A stretch of DNA of 60,622 nt, filler included. It is 5 parts of 5 records of this genome, joined end to end, with 100 filler letters (N's around TTAATTAATTAA, not from the genome) between each part and the next. Parts side by side here need not be neighbours in the genome. Positions count along the whole stretch, not along the records: positions 1 to 14,918 come from SRR22947725_555; 4 more parts are not named here. One strand, given 5' to 3'. Positions 1-9,670 of the stretch are shown here, piece by piece; within the stretch, counting starts at the first letter, position 1, and each line of letters opens with the position of its first letter. Position numbers and translations under genes: made by a program. The notes below the pieces were generated by a model. The model saw only the letters and a list, made by a program, of their open reading frames with translations. It ran no database searches and was not told the DNA's origin.

Positions 1-2
1 CA

Positions 3-677
3 GAAGTTAATATTAATAATAATAACGAGAATAAGGAAAGCTCTGAAAATTCAGATATAAAAAACAACTCTTTGGGCAATAAAGACCCTGAAATAATTCA
101 ATCAGAACAGATAGATGCAAACAAAGATATTTCAAACGACGTATCTAGGTTAGAGGTAGATAATAACGAAAATAACAAAAGCGAAGAGACAAAACAGGCT
201 CTAGATTCAGTTAGAGATGCTGTCTCAAAATCAATAAATAATATTGATAACGGTGTCCAAGAAAACCTAGAAAGAAATGACCCTAACTTAACCAACACTT
301 CTGATATAATATCCAAAGATTTTCAAAAATTTCAAAATATTTTCTCAAATCTATCCGAACTAACTGAGACAGCAATTTACAATACAATACAGAAAAAAAT
401 TATTGAAATTGCTTATGATATAGCAGGTTATCAAATTGATAAAATGCCTGACAAATATGAAAAAAAAATTAAATCATTATTAAAAAATATTAATTGTTTT
501 GAAGATAAAATTACTATTGAAATTAATGAAGAGGATCATCAAGCCATTTCCAAGATAGAAAAATTTAGTGATGGGTTAGATAAATCCATTTTTGTACCTA
601 ACAAAGATCTCTCAAGAGGAGATATTATTTTAAATTGTGATGGTATGCACTACTCAGAAAAAAATATTAATAATTAG
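3..677 (+). CDS. fliH: Flagellar assembly protein FliH (5'-truncated at window edge)
   Basis: Frame is open from position 3. Low-complexity N/E-rich N-terminus; C-terminal FliH-like segment (ITIEINEED...DLSRGDIIL); directly upstream of fliI. Confidence 0.75.
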   Translation, partial: EVNINNNNENKESSENSDIKNNSLGNKDPEIIQSEQIDANKDISNDVSRLEVDNNENNKSEETKQALDSVRDAVSKSINNIDNGVQENLERNDPNLTNTSDIISKDFQKFQNIFSNLSELTETAIYNTIQKKIIEIAYDIAGYQIDKMPDKYEKKIKSLLKNINCFEDKITIEINEEDHQAISKIEKFSDGLDKSIFVPNKDLSRGDIILNCDGMHYSEKNINN

Positions 678-695
678 GTTGGCTAGGGAGAATTA

Positions 696-2015
696 ATGAA
701 TTTCAACGCCAAATTAATAGATAATATTACAAATTTCAAAAGACCAAAGAGAATTACTAGTTCTGGAAGAGTTAACAGGTTTGACGGCAATGTAATTTAT
801 TGTAACCCTTTCCCGGCTCCAATCGGAAGCCTGTGTATTGTTAAAGATCAAATAGGAAAAGAAATTCTAGCAGAGGTCATAAGTTTTGATCAAAATCATA
901 ATATGTTGGCAATATTAGAGCCATCATCACACATTGTAACTGGCTGTGAGGTGTCTTTGCATGACGACGGAAGGTATATTGATATAGATAATACTTTATT
1001 AGGCCGTGTTACTGACGCTTTTGGAAACCCACTTGATGATAAACCATTAGAAAAAATTAATAATAAATGGCCATTAATGGGCAAAGTTATGAACCCTCTC
1101 AAACGAAATTTAATAAAAAAACCGCTAGACGTTGGTGTTAGGGCTATTAATGGTCTTTTAACTGTTGGGCAAGGTCAAAGGTTAGGAATAATAGCTGGAT
1201 CTGGAGTAGGAAAATCTGTTCTTTTAGGAATGATGAGCAAATATACAGAAGCTGATGTAGTTGTAGTTGCTTTGATTGGCGAAAGAGCAAGAGAAGTTGG
1301 CACTATGGTAAACGAATTGTTTCAAGATGAAAGTTCATCAAAAATAAGTGTTGTTGCTGTGCCTGCTGATAGATCTCCCTTGATAAGGATAAGAGCAGCC
1401 AACAGAGCCACAGCAATTGCTGAGTATTTTAGAAGCCAAAATAAAAATGTTTTACTTATAATGGATAGTCTTACCAGGATAGCGCATGCAAAAAGAGAAA
1501 TTGGTTTATCATTGGGAGAACCAACTACTTCTAAGGGATACCCTGCGTCAGTTATATCTATGATACCAAACTTAATAGAAAGATCAGGAACCAATGACGA
1601 GGGTGAAGGAAGTATTACTGCATTTTATACAATTTTAGCTGATGGTGATGATAATAATGACCCTGTTGTTGATACAGCAAGGGCTATACTTGACGGCCAT
1701 ATAGTATTAAGTAGATCAAATGCTCAGATGGGGATTTATCCAGCCATAGATGTTTCACACTCTATAAGTAGAGTTATGAATGACTTAGTTTCTGAGGAAC
1801 ATTTAAATGCCGCAAAGCTATTTAGAAAACATGTTAGTAGTTATATCGAAAACAAAGATTTATTATTAATGGGTGGATATACTCAGGGACAAGATAAAGA
1901 TTTAGATGAAGCTATTTTGATGTGGCCAAAATTGATCGATTATATAACACAATTAAATTCAGACAAAGCTAACTACGAGACTGCCAAATCTGAATTGTTA
2001 AAGCTTTATTCATAG
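696..2015 (+). CDS. fliI: Flagellum-specific export ATPase FliI
   Basis: Walker A AGSGVGKS, LIGERAREV, Walker B LLIMDSLTR, YPAIDV; SD-like GGAG upstream; flagellar context. Confidence 0.95.
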   Translation: MNFNAKLIDNITNFKRPKRITSSGRVNRFDGNVIYCNPFPAPIGSLCIVKDQIGKEILAEVISFDQNHNMLAILEPSSHIVTGCEVSLHDDGRYIDIDNTLLGRVTDAFGNPLDDKPLEKINNKWPLMGKVMNPLKRNLIKKPLDVGVRAINGLLTVGQGQRLGIIAGSGVGKSVLLGMMSKYTEADVVVVALIGERAREVGTMVNELFQDESSSKISVVAVPADRSPLIRIRAANRATAIAEYFRSQNKNVLLIMDSLTRIAHAKREIGLSLGEPTTSKGYPASVISMIPNLIERSGTNDEGEGSITAFYTILADGDDNNDPVVDTARAILDGHIVLSRSNAQMGIYPAIDVSHSISRVMNDLVSEEHLNAAKLFRKHVSSYIENKDLLLMGGYTQGQDKDLDEAILMWPKLIDYITQLNSDKANYETAKSELLKLYS

Positions 2016-2024
2016 GGAATTATA

Positions 2025-2417
2025 TTGGAAAAAAAAATTAAACGTTTTCAAAGGTTGGCAACACTTCAGAAAAGAGATATTTCAAAAAATGTTGCAAATT
2101 CAAATTTGCTTGAGACAGAAATAGTCAAAAATAAAAAACTAATTTCTCAAATAGATGATATTATGGATAATAGCAAAATTGATGGTTCCCAAAATATAAT
2201 AAATTCCGGTTTTTTTAAGAATAATGCTCAATTACTGAGTACATTACAAAGTCAGAAAAATATTGCCAGTAATAGAAATAATTACCTATTAAATGAGCAA
2301 AAAATTGTTAAGAAAAAAATTATAGTCAATCGTTTAAAAAAAATTAAAGCTGAAGAAAAAACTAACGAATATAAACTCATTTATTCTAATGAACTTGAAA
2401 AAAAGAGTTATAATTAA
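2025..2417 (+). CDS. fliJ: Probable flagellar export chaperone FliJ (divergent)
   Basis: 130-aa coiled-coil-like protein between fliI and fliK; TTG start with AGGGA upstream. Positional call. Confidence 0.65.
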   Translation: MEKKIKRFQRLATLQKRDISKNVANSNLLETEIVKNKKLISQIDDIMDNSKIDGSQNIINSGFFKNNAQLLSTLQSQKNIASNRNNYLLNEQKIVKKKIIVNRLKKIKAEEKTNEYKLIYSNELEKKSYN

Positions 2418-2445
2418 TTTTTGTAATGCTACCGTTTTTTGTTAA

Positions 2446-2461
2446 TGGCATTATATTTGCA
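2446..2461 (+). promoter_or_regulatory. Sigma54 (-24/-12) promoter for fliKLMN
   Basis: TGGCATTATATTTGCA with exact GG-N10-GC spacing in the fliJ-fliK intergenic gap. Confidence 0.85.
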
Positions 2462-2488
2462 TTAATCTAAAAAAATACGGAATTCTTT

Positions 2489-3841
2489 ATGAAAATAACC
2501 AACGAAATTAGTAATAACTTCGAATTACTAGCTGGCTCTAAAAATGGAGAAGCTGATCTTTCTATTTTAAGTGGACTATTCAGTATTGATTTTGGTGAAG
2601 GTTCTTTAGATGATAAAGTAAAAAAAAATATAGATGAATTTATCTTTAGTGAAGATAAAATCAAATTTGTTGATTATATTTCAAATATAATACCCATCCT
2701 AGAAAAGGATACAAAAAAACATATCAATTTTGAAACAATTAAAACTCAAATTAGTTTGGATAATTCTATTAAATTAGAAGATAAAGACAGAATTTTACAA
2801 TTTTTAAATCAAGGCAAAAATTATTCAAAAAGTTTTCAGATTAACATGCCACAGCACACTGATAACAAATTAAAAAATAAGACTGTGACTAGTAAATTAC
2901 TAAAGACTAGTAACATTTCATCTAATAATTTAGTTGATCAAAAAAAAATAAACCACAGTCAGCCTATCGATAAAAATATAATTGTTGAGGACATATCAAA
3001 ATATACAAAATCAAACGTTGAGTTAAGTCAATCTCATGAGGTTAATGAAACAAAGATTTTAGATAATAAAAACACTTTTGTTAAAAAAATTAGAAAAAAC
3101 AATTATCCAAATAAAATTTATCAACCACTGAAATCAAAAACATCGCAATTTGATCAATTAAAAGACATGAATTTAGATAAGAAAATTATTATATCTGAAA
3201 ATAATTCTACAATTTCAATGCATAATTATTCTGCTCTAGAAACAATCAAAAAAAATAAAAATGACGTCAAATTAAATAATACCCAATCTTTTAATGTAAA
3301 CATTACAAATCAAACATCCAATCTAGGTCAAAACTTGTCTCATAATAATGATTCATCTTTTTCTAATAATGGTTATAACTCAGTCTTAGAAAATTTGCTC
3401 GATCATCTTGATTTGTCTCAAAAAGGTTGGACGAGTAAATTAGTTTCAAGAATTGAAAACGCTCTGAGTAATGGTGGCGAAGAAATAGAATTCAATTTAA
3501 AACCTAAAAATCTTGGTATGTTGAAAGTATCAGTGAGTCAAAAAAATGGAATGAATACTGTAAAAATTATAGCTGAAAATAGTTTTGTGACGTCCGCATT
3601 GGCTCAAAACGAAAATTATTTGCAGAAATTATTTAATGATCAAGGAATGAATTTGGATTTTACTGCGCAAAACGAAAGTCAGTCATTTGGCTCTAAAAGT
3701 AGTTTTAGTCAAAACTCCAATGAACAACATAAAAATAAGAAAAATGGCCCAGATGAAAAAATTAATCAGATAAATGACAAAAATGACGTAGTTGGTAGCG
3801 AAGATGATTCATCTAGACATATGATTAATGTAATAGCATAA
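2489..3841 (+). CDS. fliK: Flagellar hook-length control protein FliK
   Basis: Long N/S/K-rich disordered region, then C-terminal hook-length domain (IEFNLKPKNLGMLKVSV); position between fliJ and fliL. Confidence 0.85.
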   Translation: MKITNEISNNFELLAGSKNGEADLSILSGLFSIDFGEGSLDDKVKKNIDEFIFSEDKIKFVDYISNIIPILEKDTKKHINFETIKTQISLDNSIKLEDKDRILQFLNQGKNYSKSFQINMPQHTDNKLKNKTVTSKLLKTSNISSNNLVDQKKINHSQPIDKNIIVEDISKYTKSNVELSQSHEVNETKILDNKNTFVKKIRKNNYPNKIYQPLKSKTSQFDQLKDMNLDKKIIISENNSTISMHNYSALETIKKNKNDVKLNNTQSFNVNITNQTSNLGQNLSHNNDSSFSNNGYNSVLENLLDHLDLSQKGWTSKLVSRIENALSNGGEEIEFNLKPKNLGMLKVSVSQKNGMNTVKIIAENSFVTSALAQNENYLQKLFNDQGMNLDFTAQNESQSFGSKSSFSQNSNEQHKNKKNGPDEKINQINDKNDVVGSEDDSSRHMINVIA

Positions 3842-3870
3842 TTGATAACAACCCTATAGCGAGAAGAAAC

Positions 3871-4470
3871 ATGGCAGAAGAAGTTGAAGAAGAACAAAAA
3901 AAAGGTGGTTTAATTAAAATAATCATTTTTGTTGTAGCAGGCATTATGCTGATTGCTGTTGGTTTAGGTATTGGATATTTTATATTTGGTGGAGAACCTG
4001 AACCTGACCCTTCTGCTGAAGTTAATCAAATAATAGAAGGCAAAGAAACAGAAAAAAAAGAAAAAGAAGAAAGTGCTGAAAAAAAAGAGGGTGAAGAAGG
4101 CGAAGAAGGAATAATAACAAAGAATGTTAAAGAGGTTCCAGAGGTTGATGCTTATGAAACCACATATTTTGAATTCCCTGGAGACTTCACAACAAACTTG
4201 AAAGGAAGCCGAAAATTTTTGCAGGTTAGTGTTGGAGTATCAACACAATATGATGAGAAGGTAATGGAAGTGGTTGACTCGCATCAATTAGCTCTGCGAT
4301 CTGAGATATTATCAACCATTAGTGATTTTACAGAAGAAGACATTTCCGGAAGTGACGGTAAGAAGAAATTATCTGATAGATTGATGGTTGTTCTTAATAA
4401 AAAACTGGAGACTTTAAAAGAATTTCCAGGTATTGAAGATGTCTACTTTACTGCGTTTATCCTTCAATAA
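3871..4470 (+). CDS. fliL: Flagellar basal body-associated protein FliL
   Basis: N-terminal TM helix, FTTNLKGSRKFLQVSV, C-terminal IEDVYFTAFILQ. Confidence 0.92.
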   Translation: MAEEVEEEQKKGGLIKIIIFVVAGIMLIAVGLGIGYFIFGGEPEPDPSAEVNQIIEGKETEKKEKEESAEKKEGEEGEEGIITKNVKEVPEVDAYETTYFEFPGDFTTNLKGSRKFLQVSVGVSTQYDEKVMEVVDSHQLALRSEILSTISDFTEEDISGSDGKKKLSDRLMVVLNKKLETLKEFPGIEDVYFTAFILQ

Positions 4471-4484
4471 TCGAGGCCTTAGTT

Positions 4485-5453
4485 ATGTCTAACACGTCAC
4501 GCAAATTATCCTCGGATGAAGTTTCAGCATTAATGGAAGGTCTCCAGTCTGGTGAAATCGATGCTAACTCCGGTTTAAATAATGATGTTGAAGTTACTGA
4601 CTTTACATTTGGTTCTGACAATTTAGAGCTGCTAGGTGATTACTATGCTCTAAGATTAATAAATGAGAGATTTGCTAGGTTGGTTAGAAGTATTTTTTTA
4701 CCGATGATTAGAATTCAGCCAAAAATTAATCCATTTCCACCAGAAGTAAAAACATACGATGAATATAGTGCGGGCCTTAACAGTTTTATGAGTTTAACAA
4801 CTAGTAGGATCGATGAGCTAAGAGGGTCTATGTTACTTGTTTTGGAACCTTCCTTTATTAGTATTTTAACTAACTGTTACTATGGAGGAAAATTAGCAAA
4901 TTTTCCAACAACCAAAGCAGAATTTACTGCAACAGAAGATAGAATTATAGAAATTGTATCAGATGGAATGGGACAATGTTTACAAGCGGCCTGGAAAGAT
5001 CTTATGCCTATTACCATCAAGCATCAAACTCGTGAAATTAATCCACAATTTGCTACTTTAGTAGAAGCCTCAGATTCAGTTATTATTTGTTCTTTTGTAG
5101 TTCAACTCCCTAATATAGATTCTGCTTCTTTTGATATAATTTATCCTCTACAAACATTAAAGCCAATTGCCTCTCTTCTTAGATCTAGAGTTCAATCAGA
5201 TGTGGTAGATGACGATACAAGTTGGAAAGAGAGATTAGAAAAATCAGTTTTAAATGTACCTCTTCCTATTTCCGCTATATTGAGTGAGCCATCCGTACCG
5301 TTATCAAACTTACTTAAATATAAGCCAGGTGATGTTGTTAATTTACCTCCAGTGGATGGCATTGACTTCTTTGTTGATGATAAGCTTTTATTTAAAGCAG
5401 ATATAGGTGAAACAAATGGTCAAGTCGCAGTTAGTTTAAAAAATAAAGTTTGA
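4485..5453 (+). CDS. fliM: Flagellar motor switch protein FliM
   Basis: N-terminal CheY-binding-type motif LSSDEVSALM, EFTATEDRI, EINPQF, C-terminal SpoA domain. Confidence 0.93.
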   Translation: MSNTSRKLSSDEVSALMEGLQSGEIDANSGLNNDVEVTDFTFGSDNLELLGDYYALRLINERFARLVRSIFLPMIRIQPKINPFPPEVKTYDEYSAGLNSFMSLTTSRIDELRGSMLLVLEPSFISILTNCYYGGKLANFPTTKAEFTATEDRIIEIVSDGMGQCLQAAWKDLMPITIKHQTREINPQFATLVEASDSVIICSFVVQLPNIDSASFDIIYPLQTLKPIASLLRSRVQSDVVDDDTSWKERLEKSVLNVPLPISAILSEPSVPLSNLLKYKPGDVVNLPPVDGIDFFVDDKLLFKADIGETNGQVAVSLKNKV

Positions 5454-5471
5454 TATAATTAGGAGAATTTA

Positions 5472-5786
5472 ATGGCAGAAAATGAAACTAAGCCTTCAAG
5501 TGATGAGAATAACACAAATAATTCTGGGATTGATAACCTTAAAGTTCTTGAAAATATTGAAGTTAAACTTACGGTTGAGGTAGGCTCAACAGAATTAAAG
5601 ATAAGGGACCTTTTAAGACTTAATGAAGGTTCTGTTGTTGAATTAGAAAGGTTAGCAGGGGACCCACTTGACATTCTAGCAAATGGCGTAAAAATAGCTA
5701 AAGGTGAGGTTGTTATGGTTGGTGAAAGATTTGGTATTCGTTTTACAGAAGTAACTAACCCAGAGAACCGTGTTCAAAAATTATAA
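5472..5786 (+). CDS. fliN: Flagellar motor switch protein FliN
   Basis: VKLTVEVGSTELKIRDLL...GEVVMVGERFGIRF; AGGAGA SD. Confidence 0.95.
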   Translation: MAENETKPSSDENNTNNSGIDNLKVLENIEVKLTVEVGSTELKIRDLLRLNEGSVVELERLAGDPLDILANGVKIAKGEVVMVGERFGIRFTEVTNPENRVQKL

Positions 5787-5787
5787 T

Positions 5788-5801
5788 TTCAAAAAATTGA
5801 C
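5788..5801 (+). promoter_or_regulatory. Candidate FleQ-type enhancer box
   Basis: TTCAAAAAATTGAC, 2 mismatches to the Pseudomonas FleQ consensus GTCAnTAAAtTGAC, about 55 nt upstream of a sigma54 promoter. Confidence 0.4.
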
Positions 5802-5853
5802 GTTTTAAAATTAATAAAATATAGTTAAATCAATAGTTTAAGTGCTGAAATAA

Positions 5854-5870
5854 TTGGCATCATTCTTGCT
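5854..5870 (+). promoter_or_regulatory. Sigma54 (-24/-12) promoter for fliOPQR-flhB
   Basis: TTGGCATCATTCTTGCT with GG-N10-GC spacing in the fliN-fliO intergenic region. Confidence 0.85.
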
Positions 5871-5899
5871 TCTTTTGTCTAACCATAAAGGAAGTAATT

Positions 5900-6331
5900 A
5901 TGTCACAAACAGTCCCAGATTTTAGCACAGCTATAGTAACAATCTTATTTTTGCTGGTATTAGGTATTGTTGCCTTTATCATTAAGAAAAAAAGTGGACC
6001 ACTAAAAAGAATAATTAAAAATCAAAATAATCTCGAGGTTATTAATCAATTACCTCTTAGAGACGGCTATTTAGCCTACATACTTAAAGTTGGTAATGAA
6101 AATTTTTTCTTTGTGGGTCATAAATCTGGAAGAGGCTCGTTAACACAAATTAATAGCTTGAAAGATGTTGAGCCTCAATTCCAAAAAAATAAAATAGAAA
6201 AACTTTCTATAAATAATAACAGTTCTTCTGAAAAAAAAATCATACATAAAACTGAAGACAAAAAACCTCTTCAACATGTAAATATTTCTGACTTATTAAC
6301 AGCTCATAAAAAGGGAAATAGAGATGCGTAA
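5900..6331 (+). CDS. fliO: Flagellar biosynthesis protein FliO
   Basis: N-terminal TM helix then LEVINQLPL...ILKVGNENFFFVG; position before fliP. Confidence 0.75.
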   Translation: MSQTVPDFSTAIVTILFLLVLGIVAFIIKKKSGPLKRIIKNQNNLEVINQLPLRDGYLAYILKVGNENFFFVGHKSGRGSLTQINSLKDVEPQFQKNKIEKLSINNNSSSEKKIIHKTEDKKPLQHVNISDLLTAHKKGNRDA

Positions 6332-7166
6332 AGCAATTTGCCCACAGCCAGAGAAGAGAGTTTTTTTTATTAAAAATAGATTTCAATCAATGGATAAATT
6401 AAAAAATTTTATGAAACTTATTTCTTTTTCAGCAGCTATTTTATTAATAACAGGTATGTCTACAAATGCTTTTGGTGAAACATTTACATCAGGGTTCCCA
6501 GCATTAAATGTATCAACTAATGGGAATACAACTGAATACTCATTTCCTTTACAAATTTTATTGTTAATGACCGCTTTGACTGTTTTACCATCTTTAGTTC
6601 TTGGGATGACAAGCTTTACAAGAATTATAATAGTGATGTCAATTCTACGTCAAGCACTAGGAACTCAACAAACACCACCTAACCAAGTTCTAATAGCTAT
6701 ATCTTTATTCCTTACATTTTTCATAATGGCACCAACATTTAACAAAGTATATGATAACGCAGCAGCTCCTTACATGGATAAAACTTTGCCTGCTGACAAA
6801 GCCCTTGAAACTGCTAGTGCTGAAATGAAAAGCTTCATGGTTAAAAATACCAGGAAGAGCGACCTAGTTATGTTTTCCGAATTAGCTGGTTTAGAAAAGT
6901 TTGATAAAGTTTCTGACATACCATTCAGAATTGCTTTGCCGGCTTTTATGACCAGTGAACTTAAGACAGCTTTTCAAATAGGTTTTTTGCTATTCTTGCC
7001 ATTTCTCGTAATTGATATGGTTATTTCATCTATATTAATGTCATTAGGAATGATGATGTTATCTCCAATGTTAGTTGCACTTCCTTTTAAACTTTTACTT
7101 TTTGTTTTAGTAGATGGTTGGAGTATGACGGTTGGCTCTTTAGTTAGTACATTTGCAGCAGGATAA
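6324..7166 (+). CDS. fliP: Flagellar export gate protein FliP (start could be 6390 or 6411)
   Basis: MTSFTRIIIV, QQTPPNQVL, SELKTAFQIGF, GMMMLSP, LFVLVDGW. Confidence 0.96.
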   Translation: MRKAICPQPEKRVFFIKNRFQSMDKLKNFMKLISFSAAILLITGMSTNAFGETFTSGFPALNVSTNGNTTEYSFPLQILLLMTALTVLPSLVLGMTSFTRIIIVMSILRQALGTQQTPPNQVLIAISLFLTFFIMAPTFNKVYDNAAAPYMDKTLPADKALETASAEMKSFMVKNTRKSDLVMFSELAGLEKFDKVSDIPFRIALPAFMTSELKTAFQIGFLLFLPFLVIDMVISSILMSLGMMMLSPMLVALPFKLLLFVLVDGWSMTVGSLVSTFAAG

Positions 7167-7171
7167 ATATT

Positions 7172-7444
7172 ATGAGCTTTGATGAGAATATAAGCATGTT
7201 AAGTATGGCCTTTTATCAAGTCTTACTTGTGTCTGGACCAATCCTTATTCTTGCACTAGGCATTGGTCTTTTTATTGGAATAATTCAAGCAGCAACTTCT
7301 ATTAACGAGATGACACTTAGCTTTGTTCCTAAAGTTATAGTTGTCATGTTGGGAATTGGATTATTAGGTAATTTTTTTATGATGGGCCTAGTAGAGTATT
7401 TTAATTTCATTTTTGATCAGGTCGCTGGCGTTGGACAAAACTAA
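7172..7444 (+). CDS. fliQ: Flagellar export gate protein FliQ
   Basis: QAATSINEMTLSFVPK signature. Confidence 0.95.
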   Translation: MSFDENISMLSMAFYQVLLVSGPILILALGIGLFIGIIQAATSINEMTLSFVPKVIVVMLGIGLLGNFFMMGLVEYFNFIFDQVAGVGQN

Positions 7445-7461
7445 GTTGGAAAGTTTACATT

Positions 7462-8274
7462 ATGAGTTCTACAGCTTTAAGTTTACCAGGAATTGACTTA
7501 TTCAATTTATATCAGTATCTAGTAATTTTTTTTATTGCATCTTTAAGAATTTCCTCATTTTTAATTAGCGCCCCGTTTTTTTCGTTAGGCGGTATTCCCT
7601 TACAGGTAAGAATTGTAGCTGGTATTAGTCTTACAGCTTTTTTGTTCCCTGTAATCAAAGTTCCTGATTTACAAACCATTCCAGGTTTTAATTTATTTAT
7701 AATAATATTATCAGAAATAGGAATTGGTTTATCAGTTGGACTTATCTTAACTATCATATTTTCAGCAGCAGCAGTAGCAGGAGAAAAAATTGCTTCTACT
7801 GCAGGATTATCTATGTCAAGTATGATTGATCCTCAATCTGGAGGACAGACACTTGTTTTAAGTACTGTGTTAATATTGTTTTTAATTTCATGTTTTTTAT
7901 CTCTAGATGGTCATTTGTTCATAATTAAAATGTTATTGGAAAGTTATGTATATTTACCCATTGGATTAAGTATTAATTTTTTCCAAGCAAGTAATATAGC
8001 TATAGATACTTTTGGAGATATGCTTTATCTAGCAGCGCTTATTAGCTTGCCGGTTGTGGGTGGTTTATTATTAATACAGGCGTCAATTGGCGTGATTACT
8101 AGATCTGCTCCATCTTTAAACCTTTTTTCATTTGGTTTTCCAATAGCACTAATTGCAGTTTTTGTTTTTTTATATGCTGGGGTAGGACCTATTTCAGATG
8201 CATTTTCAGATTTAACGGGTACAGGAATAAACTTAATAGAAGAAGTACTTCAATCATATCAAAAGAGAAATTAA
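7462..8274 (+). CDS. fliR: Flagellar export gate protein FliR
   Basis: Multi-TM; GLSMSSMIDP, LDGHL, RSAPSLNLFSFGFP. Confidence 0.94.
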   Translation: MSSTALSLPGIDLFNLYQYLVIFFIASLRISSFLISAPFFSLGGIPLQVRIVAGISLTAFLFPVIKVPDLQTIPGFNLFIIILSEIGIGLSVGLILTIIFSAAAVAGEKIASTAGLSMSSMIDPQSGGQTLVLSTVLILFLISCFLSLDGHLFIIKMLLESYVYLPIGLSINFFQASNIAIDTFGDMLYLAALISLPVVGGLLLIQASIGVITRSAPSLNLFSFGFPIALIAVFVFLYAGVGPISDAFSDLTGTGINLIEEVLQSYQKRN

Positions 8275-8277
8275 AAA

Positions 8278-9435
8278 ATGGCTGAAGAAGATAATTCACA
8301 GGATAAAACCGAAGAACCATCCCAACGGAAATTAGATAAAGCAGCAGAAGATGGTCAAGTTTTAACATCAAAAGAAATGTTTGTATTTACAACATTGATT
8401 ATGGGACTTATGGTACTCACTTCTATTCCTTTTTTTGCTCAAGAATTTTTAGCAATATGGAAAAATTTTTTCTTATTTGATTTGAATTATATAATAAATG
8501 TTTCACCCTATTCGGGTTTAGGAAAAATGATAAAGTATGTCATTTATATAACTTTGATAGTCGGCGTTCCATTGATAATCACTATATTAATAACTCAAAT
8601 GGCAATGGGAGGAATAAATTTTGCTCCTAAAGGTTTTTATTTTAAGTCTAATAGAATTAATTTATTATCTGGGCTAAAAAGAATTTTTTCATCAAAGGGG
8701 TTGGTTGAGTTAATTAAATCCTTATTCAAAGTAGGTCTTTTAGGAGGGATTACTTTTGGCGTTATATACTTAAATATTAAAGATATAATATATCTGTCTG
8801 AAAGAAATCTGTATACCGCACTATCAAATCTCTTAGATAATTTTCCACAATTGACAATTTCATTATTAATAGCCCTTGGTTTTATAGCTATTTTTGATTT
8901 TATTTGGCAAAAATATACGCATATAGAAAAACTAAAAATGACAATTAAAGAGGTAAAGGACGAGCATAAAGACAGTGACGGTTCCCCAGAGGTTAAACAA
9001 AAAATTAGGAAGTTACAAAACGAAATTTCTAATAGGGCTGCCACACAAACTGCAGCCCTTGATAATGTTCAGGATGCCTCAGCCATAATCACTAATCCAA
9101 CTCATTTTGCTGTTGCTATTAAGTATGAAGTAGGTGAAAGCGGAGCTCCTGTAATTCTTGCCATGGGTAGGGGAATGATAGCTGAAAAAATTATTAAATT
9201 AGCTGATGATAATAAAATAACCGTTTTCCAAAGCCCTTTATTGGCTAGAGCGCTATATTTTACTGGTGAAATAGGTAAAGAAATATCAGAAAACTTATAT
9301 TCAGCTGTGGCTTCTGTATTAGCCTATATCTTTAAAATTGAAAGAGGTGAAGAAACTGATTATCCTGATTTTGAAATACCAGAGGAAATGGCATTTGATG
9401 AATATGGAAAAAAATTAAATAAGGATCAAGAATGA
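8278..9435 (+). CDS. flhB: Flagellar export specificity switch FlhB
   Basis: KTEEPSQRKL N-terminus, DGSPEVK, NPTH autocleavage site, PLLARALY. Confidence 0.96.
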   Translation: MAEEDNSQDKTEEPSQRKLDKAAEDGQVLTSKEMFVFTTLIMGLMVLTSIPFFAQEFLAIWKNFFLFDLNYIINVSPYSGLGKMIKYVIYITLIVGVPLIITILITQMAMGGINFAPKGFYFKSNRINLLSGLKRIFSSKGLVELIKSLFKVGLLGGITFGVIYLNIKDIIYLSERNLYTALSNLLDNFPQLTISLLIALGFIAIFDFIWQKYTHIEKLKMTIKEVKDEHKDSDGSPEVKQKIRKLQNEISNRAATQTAALDNVQDASAIITNPTHFAVAIKYEVGESGAPVILAMGRGMIAEKIIKLADDNKITVFQSPLLARALYFTGEIGKEISENLYSAVASVLAYIFKIERGEETDYPDFEIPEEMAFDEYGKKLNKDQE

Positions 9436-9662
9436 GTGTAAGAAGAAAAAAATCATTTGGTCAAATAGTTATAACTGCCATGTTTTTCTGGTCAGCCTTG
9501 TTATGCCACTTTGAGGCCAGTTCTCTTAAGGAGCAAGGTGATTTATTAAATGCATATTTATATTGGTTTTTTGGTTTTACAGCAATTCTTGGAGGTTTCA
9601 GGTTTAAAATAGCTGAATTAATTTATGGGTTAATTGATTTTATAAATAAAAATAAAAAATAG
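9432..9662 (+). CDS. Small two-TM membrane protein, translationally coupled to flhB
   Basis: ATGA overlap with the flhB stop; two hydrophobic segments. Confidence 0.6.
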   Translation: MSVRRKKSFGQIVITAMFFWSALLCHFEASSLKEQGDLLNAYLYWFFGFTAILGGFRFKIAELIYGLIDFINKNKK

Positions 9663-9670
9663 TTTAAATT

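Noticed and set aside
3-188. Weak internal repeat in FliH (EVNINNNNENKESSE / EVDNNENNKSEE)
   Set aside because: Low-complexity N/E-rich linker; not a regular array.
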